Assembly: GCA_002189035.1 (NCBI GenBank)
Contig: NEEC01000025.1
Span: 434,001-498,000 of the forward strand
Direction: 5' to 3'
From: Utricularia gibba
Lineage: Eukaryota; Plantae; Magnoliophyta
Length of the DNA stretch: 64,000 bases
The translations under genes and the position numbers were made by a program. This document shows, piece by piece, positions 16,222-27,816 of this stretch (its first letter is position 1; each line of letters begins with the position of its first letter). The notes under the pieces were generated by a model. That model saw only the letters and a program-made list of their open reading frames with translations, was not told the DNA's origin and searched no databases.

Positions 16222-19200
16222 ATGGCAGAAGAAACAATCCCAATTCATACGGAGAAACTCTCAGATGAAATTCAGATCAACGGGACGGCCGTTCCGGTAA
16301 AACTCGTTCCTTCGATGATCTGATGATTTTCATTTTTTTCATATTTCGGTGATCAGGATTTGTTGATCTTTCTCAGATTGATAAAGAGAGCACGTCGATC
16401 AAGGAATTGAAGAAAGGGCAAGGAGAAGAAGCGCCTGTTAATGATGGCGAGATCATGAGTGTTGAGAAAGAGCGCACGGAAACTAAGGATCTGGATTCGG
16501 ATATGGATGAGACGACGAAGCGTGGGTTGTTGGAGTCGCGGGAGAAGTTTGAGGAGCTAGAGAAAGAACTGCAGAGGATTTCTGGTTTGTTGAAGGATTC
16601 TGAATCGAATAATGATCGATTGAAGGAAGAATTGTCACAGGCGAAGGAACAGCGTGAAGAAGTCGAGAAAAAATACGAAAAGCTCGAAGTTAGCAGCAAA
16701 AGGGTGTTGGAGGAGAAAACGGAGTCGGAGGGTAGGTACACATTGGAGCTCAAAGGTTTGAAAGAGGAATTGACAGCTCAAGAGGAAAAGCTCAAGGAGA
16801 TGGCGAATGTGAAAGATTCATTCGATCGCCTTAGCCTCGAGGTGGAAACCTCGAGCAGGAGAATTGAAGATCTCGAAGGAAAATTGCAAGTTTCAGCAGA
16901 AGAAATCCAGAAGCTTGAAGGGTTGCATAGGCAGAGTTGTGTACATGCGGAATCAGAGGCGAAAAAGGCCTTGGAGTTGGAAAAGTTGCTTGAGGAGGTG
17001 AAGTCCAATGCAAAGAATGTTGATGAACAGTTGCTTTCCATGAAGGAGAAGCTGAGAGCTTCTGAAGAAAACATTGCTGAGTATCAGAAGGTGGAGGAGG
17101 CGCTGGACGTTTCAAAGAAAGAACTTGCCGCTGTCCAGGGTGAATTGGAATTCGAGAAATCGAAAGTAGAAGATGCTGTGAAGAGGCTCGCTTCATCCGA
17201 AGATTTTGTTGTGGAGTTGAAGCGAGAATTGGAAGAAGCTAAAACTGCCGGATCCGAAGCGAGAGACAGAATCGCATCGCTAGAGGATCAGGTGAAATCC
17301 ACCAAAGAAAGCCTTCAAGAGAATGTTTCACAGCTTGAGGATTTGAAGTCAAAGCTCATAGAGGAGGCTGCTGCAAAGGAGAAGCTTGAAGAACTGTTGA
17401 ATTCTTATGAAAGGAATGCAAAAGGCATACAAGAAGAACTGGAGAAAGTGGTAAAAGAAAAACAGGAGCTAGAAAATGGTTTGCATGATCTGACCAAGCA
17501 TGCTGCTCAGATGAAGGAGATTTCTAGTGATCTGGAGGCTAAGCTGCAACAATCAGATGAGAACTTCCGCAAGGCTAATGCTCTTTTGGCTGAAGCAGTG
17601 GCCAACAGTAATGAACTCGAGCAGAAACTGAAAACTCTTGAAGAACATCACATTGAGAAAGAAAACGCTGTGTCCCTTGCAAACCAGAAGCATTCCGAGC
17701 TTGAGGATTTGCTGCGAGTTGCAAATACTGCAGCGGAGGAAGCTAAATCACAACTACAAGAATCTGAAATACGCCGTATTGGTGCGGAACAAAGAAACGT
17801 TGAGCTGGAGCAGAAGCTAAACTTGGAAGAATCAAAAAGACTGGAATACCAGAGGGGTTTGGAGGAGGCGTCTGAAAAATTGTCGGAACTGAATGCGGAG
17901 CTGGAGAAAAAAGATGTGGAGAAGCAAGAGCATGCTGCGAAGTTGCGTGACTTCCAATCAAAAGTAGAAGAAACTGAGGCTGAGTTGAGAAACTCATCAG
18001 CTCGTCATTCTGATCTTGAGACAGAGATAAAGAGTTGGATTGAGAAATGCAGTGAGCACGAAGGAAACGCGAATACAATTCAGCAGCGAATGCTTGAACT
18101 TGAGAGCTCAATGCAGTCGTCGGATTCCAAAGCTACTGAAGCAGGTCAAAAATTGATTGACTTGGAGCTACTTCTGGAAACAGAGAAGCTTAGGTTTAAG
18201 GAGCTTGAACAGCAGATTAATCTTCTAGAACAGAAAAACACAGATGTGGAAGAGAAGTCTTCTAATAGCAGGAAAAGAGTTTCAGAGCTTGAAGCAGAGG
18301 TTCAGATGCTCCAAACCAAAGCATCAGACCTTGAGGCTGCATTGAAATCTTCCATAGAAAAGGAAAGCGAACTGAATGAAAGGATAAATGCTGAGAGAGA
18401 AGAAAACAGAAGGGTAAAAGAGGATTATGGGGTTTCAGTCGAAAAGTTATCCGAAGCTGAAAATTTACTTGACAGCCTACGCCACGAACTGGATGCTTCA
18501 CATCGGAGGTTAGAAAGCATTGAAAATGACCTTAAGGGTACTGGATTGAGGAGAGCGAGGTCATGGAGAAGCTAAAGGTTGCAGAGGAGCAGCTTGAGCA
18601 ACAAGCCATAGCTCTGGCCAATGCAACCGCTACAAGTGCAGAACTTCGATCATCACACGAGATATCAACTCGGGATTCAGACTTGAAACTTCAAGAAGCC
18701 ATTGCAAATTTCACTAGTAGAGACTCTGAGGCCAGAGATCTGCATGATAAAGTGGTGGCTCTTGAAGGTCAAGTTGAAATTTATCAGCTGCAACTTGCTG
18801 AAGCAACTGAAAAGTTCGAGACCGCAAACAAGGAGCTTGATCGCGTCTTAGTAAAACTACAGTCTTCAGAGGCTTTCACCATGGAGTTACAGGAGAAGCT
18901 ACGAGCCATAACTGGACTTGTTGAAACTTATGAACATAAGGAACAGGAGTCCTCTCGATTGCTGAAAAGCAACGAGCTAGAACTTGAACAGAGTCTTGCG
19001 AAAATTAAGGATCTAGAGGGTGAGCTGGAGAGCCGCTGCAGTCAATTTAGAAAGGAAACTGAGTCACTGGTTGAAGACAACAAGAAACTTTCTCAAAATC
19101 TGGCATCCTATGTTTCAGAGCTAAGTGACCTGCAGGCAAAAGTGTCCATGCTTGCATCTGAGAAGGGAAGCACAGAAGAAGAGTTGAACTCCGCAAGAAA

Positions 19201-20212
19201 AGAAATTGAAAAACTGACTGCACAATTTGCATCTGAAGCTCAAAAGATACAATCTCAGGTAATAGCTCTGATCACTGCTAGAAACACCATTCTCTTTTGA
19301 AATACGTTCATTTTCTAACAGCATACTATCTCCTCACCCCTTAGATGAATTCGGTTCTTGAAGAGAAAGATTTACTTTCTGAGACATTTCAAAGCTCCAA
19401 AAAGGATCTTGACTTCATAATAATGGATCTCGAGGAGAAGCTGAAAGAACAGAAATCGGTTGAAGATTCATTGAAAGCCAACCTGGAAATCCTTAACACC
19501 GAAGTTTCCGAGAAAGCAGAGTTGCGAAAGAAATTGAATGAGCTTGAAGAGCTGTTAGCCAATTCAGAATCTACACTAAATGAAGAGGTAACTACTCCAT
19601 ACTACTACGCCTTTCTACATCCTTGAACTGTCTTTTCTATGCTGAGCACACGCACCCTCGCCATTTTTCATAAATGACCAACAGAGGGAGTTGAGATCCC
19701 AGCATCAGTCCGTGCATGAAGATGCTTCCAAGAATCACGCCGAGGAAGTCGAGAAGATGAAGAAAGACATTGCTTTTCTTACCAGCCAAACTAAAGATCT
19801 TGGGCTGAAGCTGCAACAGGCTGAGGCTCAAATCAAAGCAAAGGTCAGCTTCATTCCACCACCACTCCTATGTCTCAACTAGACTAGAAACAAACTATAA
19901 AATGAAAAATTATAAATTAACTTTCTTTTTAACCTCCCGGGAATTACCCACCCGCAGGATGATGCTAGGGGTGTTGCTATCAGTGAAAACAAGGATGAGA
20001 CTGTAAAATCTAGGGAAATAGAGTTACCCGCAACCGCCAGCCCTTCCAAAAGAAAGAGTAAAAAGAAGACAGAGACAGGAGGTTCGTCTTCCGATACAGA
20101 GATTCGCAGCAGCACTAGGAGTGAAGCGCGTCCATCCATGAGCTACCAGGTCATTCTTGGTGTGGCTATTGTCTCTATTATCATTGGCCTTATTCTTGGG
20201 AGAAGATACTAG
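16222..20212 (+). CDS. PICC: Long coiled-coil tail-anchored protein, PICC/PICL (At2g32240-like), with one apparent frameshift at 18550
   Basis: More than 1000 aa of E/K/L coiled coil across ORFs 16407..18575, 18563..19300, 19345.. and 19691... The last exon KSREIELPATASPSKRKSKKK...VILGVAIVSIIIGLILGRRY* matches the PICC C-terminal transmembrane tail as recalled. Confidence 0.85.
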
Positions 20213-20471
20213 GGAGAGATTCTCAAACTCCCAGCGTTGAATTTTGCATTGCGCGTGACAAAAAGAAGATTGAAGACAGATTGTTTGATATTCATGCAGT
20301 AGCCATCAATCATACTGCGGTGGCTTGTAGTTTTGGGTTTGCGCGTTGATTTCTTTGTACCTAAGCTTTGAAGCACATGAGCTACGCACAAGAAGAAGAA
20401 GCAGAAGAAACAGAGGAGATTGATTTGTGAAGTGGGTGTTAATTTGGATTTTTTTACGGTAATTGATGTAA

Positions 20472-21721
20472 TCAGGGTGGTAAATCTGGTGTTTCCCAAG
20501 CGGAGGCTGTGAGCAAAGGGGAGTTCTTCCATCCCATCTTCAGCCATCCGTTTTCCTCCACCAAAGTATACCCGCGCCATGGCATCATCCCCAGGAGAAG
20601 GCTGGCCTGCGCGGAGGCGTTACCCCCGAGCGACACCCGCCGGAAACCTAATCCCGCCATCGCTTTCCCCACATCTCCACCTCCCCATCTCGCTTCTTCA
20701 GAGACAGAATGTTCCGTATTTCGCATCCAAACAACTGCTGTTCCACCGTGTGTCTGTCCAGACTCTCCGGTGCCGACACGTCGCCTAAGGCATCGAACAG
20801 CGCTGAGTAGTAATGGAGGGCGCCGATGAATCGCCGGAGGAAACCGCCTTCTCCGCTGTTGCTCAGATCGTATGTTCTTTCGACGATTGTGATGAGTTTG
20901 GGTTTGATCATTTTGAGTAATCTGAAAACCCCCAAGTCGCTTCCGGTCATGTCGTAGAGACTGTGGTGCATCCAGTGGACGATTACTGTTTCGCCGATTC
21001 GGACTTTGAGTTGATCGATTTCTGAGATGTTTCCGATTTTCCCTTCGACGGCGTGGAAATGGAATGGGATGTTTACGGCGCCGGCGAATTCGGCGAGGCG
21101 GAGGCCCGTTGAGTCGAGGAGGTCGAGAGAGGGGCCTAGGCCGGTGATTCTTAGGGACTTCAGTTTTCGTGGCTTGGAAGCCAGGATTTGGAAGAAGCCC
21201 GGCCACTGGAGCCCCTGCATGATGTCGAGATCGATGACGTGCACGTGATCGGCCCCGTCCACCGCCTGCTGGATAGCCTGGTTGGCCGTGAAGTGGGAGA
21301 ACTTGATCATCGGCGTGATTGAGTTGTACGTCTGGAAAGCAGCGAGGACCTTCTGGTAATGAGATTTCCACAGAGACAGCGGCAGCGTGGGCAGACACGG
21401 GACCGGAGATTTCCCGATTACGTAACACGCAATCACCCGCGACGATATAGCGTCGGCGAAGTACGCGCCGACGCGTTGAACGGAAGACCCAAAGGGAGAA
21501 GAAAGCTCGAGTATCTCCGGAAGAATCTGCGATGCATCGAGAAGGTTGTCGGCAGCCAGGCACTCGGCGCATCTCAGCAGAAGCTGGACCAATCGCAGTC
21601 CCGCTTCCTCGGAGTCCCTCTCGAACCCAATAGCGGCGGCGCGATGGCGCTTGATTGGATCAGTAACAGAGATGCCCTCGTCAACTTCATCCTCAATCGG
21701 GCGCTTGCCGGCAGAAGCCAT
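20472..21721 (-). CDS. SCL23: GRAS transcription factor SCARECROW-LIKE 23, intronless, with one apparent frameshift at 20667-20670
   Basis: [50 protein letters not shown] (VHIID), [15 protein letters not shown]. The SAW motif [26 protein letters not shown] lies in the adjacent frame. Confidence 0.92.
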
Positions 21722-22049
21722 GGAAACTGGGGAGGAGCTCCGTGGCCTGAGAGAAGTGTAAGCAGAAGCATTCGCATATCTCGTAATTCGGTATTGTAGT
21801 GGAAGGGAAGGTGAAAAGGAAAAGGAGTGTTATTGAGTTTTGTCTGATAGGGAAAAAGGCAATCGGAAAGGCAGGAGAAAATGACAGAAGAAGCTTGAGG
21901 GGCTGTACCCAGAAATGATGGCGATGGTGAAACACATGCTACCAGATATTACTTATAAGCGCATGGACTGAAGCCAAGTATCCAAGATGGGTATGAAGTG
22001 CAATACAACTGAGAAGGAAAAGCTGCTTCTGCTTCTGATGCAGAGAGAA

Positions 22050-22443
22050 TCAGAAGCAAGCATCCAGCACACAGCAGCAGCACAGACCAGCACAGCTCCA
22101 AAACAAACAGAAGATCATCTGTATCAGCTTCGATACTCTCCCATGGCGATATATTAAAATAATAAAACAAACAACATTCTTTTTTGACTACTGACCAGCC
22201 CCTCCAGAAGCCGTCTCCCTTCAGCCGAGAGTAGCGGGAGTTGCAGCCGGAACCTGCACACCCTCGTCGTCTTTCGCTGGATAGCCCTGGGGCGGCGGCG
22301 GAAAAGCCGTGTTTTTCTCCGCCTTGGATACGGTGCCTGGTAAGGGGAATTCGAAATCAAACACCCTGGGTCACTTCAATAGATTCGCCCTTCTGAGAAG
22401 TTGGAAGCTTGGGTTTACCTGGATTCCGATCGTAGCTATTCAT
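22050..22443 (-). CDS. CYSTM (cysteine-rich transmembrane module) small protein, copy 1; 3 exons; frameshifted in exon 2 (possible pseudogene or error)
   Basis: MNSYDRNP|GTVSKAEKNTAFPPPPQGYPAKD..., then (in the -1 frame) KGDGFWRGC|CAGLCCCCVLDACF*. In the PQGY frame a TGA occurs at 22221-22223. Confidence 0.85.
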
Positions 22444-22730
22444 GCTGATCTGGTACCCCACCGGAGGCACAGACTTGGCGCTCTCCTTTATGCGTAAGCA
22501 AGGAGGAGGAGCTGCGGCGTGGCGTGCATAGCATATACGCGTGTGCATGGATGATTGGGTCGCGGTTCACCTAATCCACTGACCATCTCGATCGCCAATC
22601 CCCGGACCCGGGACCCCAACCAATGTCAACCCTATTGTCCTTCTCCACTAAAAACCACTCCATCACTGCTTCCGTGTAATCGATGTAACCCTCTAATATG
22701 TGTTTATAACCTGTGCACATCTTAACAAAC

Positions 22731-22875
22731 ATTCAAAGTTTGTATTAAATCAATAATCTTATATAATAAACTGAAAGTGAAATAATTAAGTATATAATAA
22801 AGATTCAAAGTTTGTATTAGATTAACAATCTCATATCATGAATTAAAAATAAAATAATCAAATATATAATAAATT
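22731..22875. repeat. Imperfect AT-rich tandem duplication, 2 copies of about 72 bp
   Basis: ATTCAAAGTTTGTATTA at 22731 and 22803, both followed by similar AATCT..ATA..AAATAAT..TATATAATAAA. Confidence 0.8.
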
Positions 22876-23283
22876 ATAAGTTTTATTTTATAAATTTTAT
22901 TTAATTATTTTATATGATTATCTTTATATTTTTTATGTATTTAAACTTTTTTATCCTATTTACCAAATCTTTAATTTCATGGTTTTGATAACCCAAAATT
23001 CTAAAGAAAAATTGGTATCATTCAACACACCATGAATTAATTTTATTAGAATAGAATAAAACTGAAATACCAAAACATCAAAAATAGAATCATAATATCA
23101 AATATATCATCATAAACATAATATCTATGGGGGTTTGCACAAATGGAAAATGGTGACTCTAAGAAATGTGATACGTAAGAGAAGGCAACGGGACACGGCA
23201 GTAGCAACGGGGAACGGGGAATATGAAGGAAAACAGGCAGTGGGGTGTGGGAGCCGTGTGCAGGTGATCCGTCTGATGAGAAC

Positions 23284-23680
23284 TCAGAAGCAGGCGTCCA
23301 GCACGCAGCAGCAGCACAGCGCGGCACAACTGCAAAAACCAGACTCGAGATTAACATACCACACAGAGTTGGCGTTTTCCTAGAGAGTTCTCTTCTCGCT
23401 ACTCACCATCCCTTCCAGAAGCCGTCGCCTCTGGACTTGGTTGCGCGCCGCTTACCGAATTCCTGCGCCGGTGCTTGCTCCCCTTCTTTCGCCGGGTATC
23501 CTATCGGCGGCGGCGCGGCCACGAAGGCAGGGGTGGTGCTCTGCGGCAAATAACTCGCTGCACAACCAACAACGTAAATCCCCTCGGCAACCCAACCAAA
23601 TCAAAAGAAAAAAATGAAAAAGAACCGCGAGTGGTTCCGGATGACGAAAAAGTACCTTGATTCTGAGCGTAGCTACTCAT
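23284..23680 (-). CDS. CYSTM small protein, copy 2; 3 exons; intact
   Basis: MSSYAQNQ|ASYLPQSTTPAFVAAPPPIGYPAKEGEQAPAQEFGKRRATKSRGDGFWKGC|CAALCCCCVLDACF*, with GT-AG introns in the same phases as copy 1. Confidence 0.92.
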
Positions 23681-24541
23681 GTCTGACCAGAGGAAGAAGG
23701 AAATCTGTCTTCGATCGGAGACGGTATGGCACGATGATAGGAATACCCAGGGGCCGTGTCTATATATAAAACAAAAACGACGAGAGGAGGAGGAGGAAGC
23801 AACCTGGAAGTCGGCGACTCCGCGTGGGGAGAAAATACGCCGATGGGAGTTGAATTACCGTTTCTCGTCGTCAACAACTTCAGGTTCAGGTAAAGACCTA
23901 CTCCAATCAATGTGCAGGCGGTGCTGACTTCAAACGGAATTTTACTAAAGATGGAGGACCATCCATCCAACTTAAACGAGATTTATCAATTTTCAAGGGA
24001 CCTGTTGTTAATTTCTAAATTTTAAAAAACGATTTCCATATTTTAATAATAAGAATAATATTTCGTAAATTAATATATTTGTTAAAAAAGATGATTAATA
24101 ACAGTGGATTCAACCTCTTGAGCGTGTTTATTCATAGAGCTGATGCACCCAATACGATGATGAGGAAGGAAGGTGTGCTTCTTCGCATTCTCCACCTTCC
24201 ATTTCTTTGATATATCATTTTTTGTGTTTGGCTCTCATTTCTCGGTGGTTATTCCAGGAATATGCAATTAGCAAGTAGAGTCCTTTTGAAGTTGATCTCC
24301 ATTCAACGCGGTACGTCTTGAGTTTCACCCTGTTCTCCTCCAAAAAGTATCGGTTTCGTGGTGGGTCAGGGGTGAATGCTTTCGTGTTCTTTTTGGATTG
24401 AAGATCTGTAGGCAAAAGCTGGTTTTTTTATTCGTGGGAACGAGTTCTTTTTTTCCAAATTACATTGATCGTTTCGTTGTTGGATCTGGTGGGTTCTCAT
24501 TCTTTGCTACGTTGATTTTGAGGTAGGTGGAGGAGCAAGCG

Positions 24542-26163
24542 ATGACTGATAAGTATAATAGTCAATGGCGAACGAGACGGGATTGGGGTTCACAGGATAC
24601 AAGGGATGATCATATGATTGCTTTGATGTTAGCTGAAGATGAAAGATTAATGCATTCAAATGGCATGAGACCTTCTCAGTTGAACTCGATTCCGGTACAA
24701 ATCCCTATCATTTAATCCTGTTTTCACTATTGTTTTCATTGAGAACTACTACCTTTCCATTATGCTGTAGGACTTTGATTCATTTTCTGTTCCACAAAGA
24801 ATTCTCACAAATTATAGTATTCAGATTTCCGCCTGGGGGTATTGTCTAGTAAATTGTCAATGTTGCTGTGTGAAGTTCACGTAATGTGTTAGGAGCTATA
24901 GATAATGTTGTCCTGCATTTTGTACACGGGTTTACAAACTTATAAGTCTGTTGGATTTGCAGCATGTATCGCATGCCTTCACAAATAGATCTCATCCAAA
25001 TTATGCGAGCTTATACCATGAGAGCTTAGCAGACAGGTTGGATATTGTCTCCGTAGTTTTTGTTCTCTGTTTCTGTCATCATTAAGGGTACCCACGTATA
25101 ATCTGGGATTTATCAGGTTAGCCAGATACCGCTTAGCAGAATTGCAGATTCAGGGAGATGGAAATTGTCAGGTTGGCTCTCAATGCTGCTGATCTTTAAA
25201 CTGTAGCTCCATTTTTTCCATTCCTTTTTTTTTTCCCCTTGTTGAGGTAAACTAAAGTTTCAATGTGAACCCAATTTTTACTTCACAGTTTCGAGCCCTT
25301 GCCGACCAGTTGTTTCACAAACCAGATCAGCACAAGTATATACGAAAGCAGATTGTCAGACAGGTGCAGTTGAAATTTTTTCCCCTGTCATTCTTAGAAC
25401 TCTCATGTCATATGTGAAGTGATCATTATAATAAAGTATACTCATAGCATGCATTTTTCCAGTTAAAAGATCATCGCAATCTATATGAAGGCTACGTGGA
25501 CATGAGTTACAAACACTATGTGAAGAAGATGAATAGGTCAGATTTCATCTCCCTCATTGCTGTGTCCCTAGACTGTTGTGCGTCTAGAAAGAGATGAGGG
25601 GTGAGTAAAATTTCCTTGCGGTTTCAGATTGGGGGAATGGGGTGATCATGTTACTTTACAAGCAGCAGCTGACAAAGTAAGTTGTGTGACTAACTTGACA
25701 CAGAGCACAAATTATCACAAATTTTATTGTTACAGTTACAATAAAATTTGCTTGGAGTAAGTAGTATCCATCCACTGATATGCTTGATGTTTGCTGTAGT
25801 TCGAAGTAAAAATATGTTTGATCACAACTTTCAGAGATAGCGGCTTCATTGAAATTCTTCCAAAAGATAAAACTCCTTACAGAGGTACAATACAACATCC
25901 CTTTCCTGTGATCAGAAGCATACCTTGTCCTCCTCTTCCCTCAAAGTATTCTGTCTGTTCCATTTAGAGCTGTGGCTGAGCTTCTGGAGCAATGTTCATT
26001 ACAATTCCTTATATCCAGCCGTAGGTACGAACGATGCTTCACCCTGAAGCCATCTCCACCACACATTCTTGACTTGTACTTATGATATCTTCTGCTGTGT
26101 TGCTTGACAGAGGCTCCTCTGAGACGACCGAGGAAGAAGCATTGGCTTTTTCACGTGTGGTGA
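24542..26163 (+). CDS. OTU-domain deubiquitinase (OTU9-12 group, OTU11-like); about 9 exons
   Basis: GDGNCQFRALADQL (catalytic Asp/Cys), GEWGDHVTLQAAAD, LWLSFWSNVHYNSLY (catalytic His), C-terminal RPRKKHWLF. Confidence 0.88.
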
Positions 26164-27816
26164 AACTTGCTGAGATGCATCAACCCCATTTTGTATTGTA
26201 TACCATATGCTCCTTTTTGGTTCTTCACACCTCACACACACATGTTTCACATGATGTCTCTTGTTTAATCACTGTAATTATTGAATCACAGAGATTTTTG
26301 AACTGCGGTTGTTTTGTTCAAATGACCATTTTTCTGAATCCTTTGATATATTGCATGTGGGCTTGAAGCGTGGCCCAAATGATGGTGAAATCTAAACGGG
26401 CCGTCAAAGTAAGAATAATACCTAGCCCACCCATCACTATTTGGAGGCCTATCAAGGAGAGAAGGGCTACGTATTATTATTCGGTTTAAAATAATAATAA
26501 ATTACAAAGTATCCTTCAAAATTTGTGTATTTTCTATTTATTTTAAACATATTTATCAAATATAATATTTTTCTAATTATATATTTATAAAATCTATATA
26601 ATAAATACATATTCAACTTTACTCACATGATATCTATTATTCAAATGAATTATTAATTAAAATCTCCTATTAACCACCCTATAATTGGATGAGGTTTATA
26701 ATTAATCAATTGTCAACGTATTTATACATTATAGAACTAAATAATATATTACAATATAAATTATTTATTATTGAAAAAAGCTCCGGTTGTTTAAAACCTG
26801 CCGCCGGCCGCAACCAACGAGTATCCAGACATCAATACGGGACCTGCCGGTGTAATGGACGGACATTATTGCACGAACTGAGCCAGTTACACCGAATGTG
26901 GGTTGGCCCGGGAGGCTATTCAACACTGCGTTAAACTGCAATATGTTGGTCAATTTTGGATTTGTTTTTTAGGGAGAAATTGGTTTGATCGAGGCTTGGG
27001 TGGTGGACACGTGTGCTCCAGGCTGCGGGTAACCCGGGTGCCGAGAGGGAGAAAAAACGAGAGAATAAATGAATGCATGGCTTTGAGCTGGTCAAGATTC
27101 TTTCTGAGCATCTGGGTTTTGAGGTAATCTCATTTCATGGCATTTTCTTCATTTGAAACTATTCGCATCCGCGAAGACATAACATCATAGGTGAGCCGCG
27201 CGCTATATGTGCGTATTAATGGTTTCCCCCCTAGGATGGATCGTTGACTTTGCCCGCGTTATATTTTGACTTTGTTCTTGTTCATATTAACTACATGCTA
27301 GTGATCATTCTGCTCTGGGATGAGTTGATTCTTTTGTTTATTGGTTAAAGTTTTTGTCTTTTTGATTTGGGGTAATTTGAATTGGAGATGTGTAGCCGAT
27401 TCTTTGAAGGATTTGGATTATGATTGTGTATCCCTGTTGGTGATTCTGCCGTTATCTTTAGGAGAAAAAAAGAGCTTCCATTTTCAGGGAGGTGGCAGTG
27501 CTTGCGGATTCAGTGCATATACATCTCAGAGCCTCGAAGACTTGAGGTACGTCATCTTGTCCATCTTCTTCTGTTTTCCTGATTTTGATCATATATAGGC
27601 GTTGACTCCATGGCGTCAAAGTTTGATGTTCCTGATATCGATCTCTTGATTTTTAGTTTTGATATTTTTGGAAAAGTTTTAGTTATCTGTCTTGTGAGGA
27701 AGTAATTTAGGCTCTTTGGTAAACTCGAATGTCCTGTTTCACTCCCTACGTTGATGATGTGTGTGTATTTTTAATGGTGGAAGGGCAAGGAAGTTGAATA
27801 AATTACATCTATAGTG

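Noticed and set aside
16373-18501. Minus-strand Ser/Phe/Leu-rich ORFs within PICC
   Set aside because: They are antisense shadows of the GAA/AAG-rich coiled-coil codons.
20472-21799. Long overlapping ORFs opposite or alongside SCL23 (20509..20829 +, 21359..21799 +, N-terminal part of 20472..21572 -)
   Set aside because: These are shadow frames of a GC-rich intronless CDS with Arg/Pro-rich, motif-free translations.
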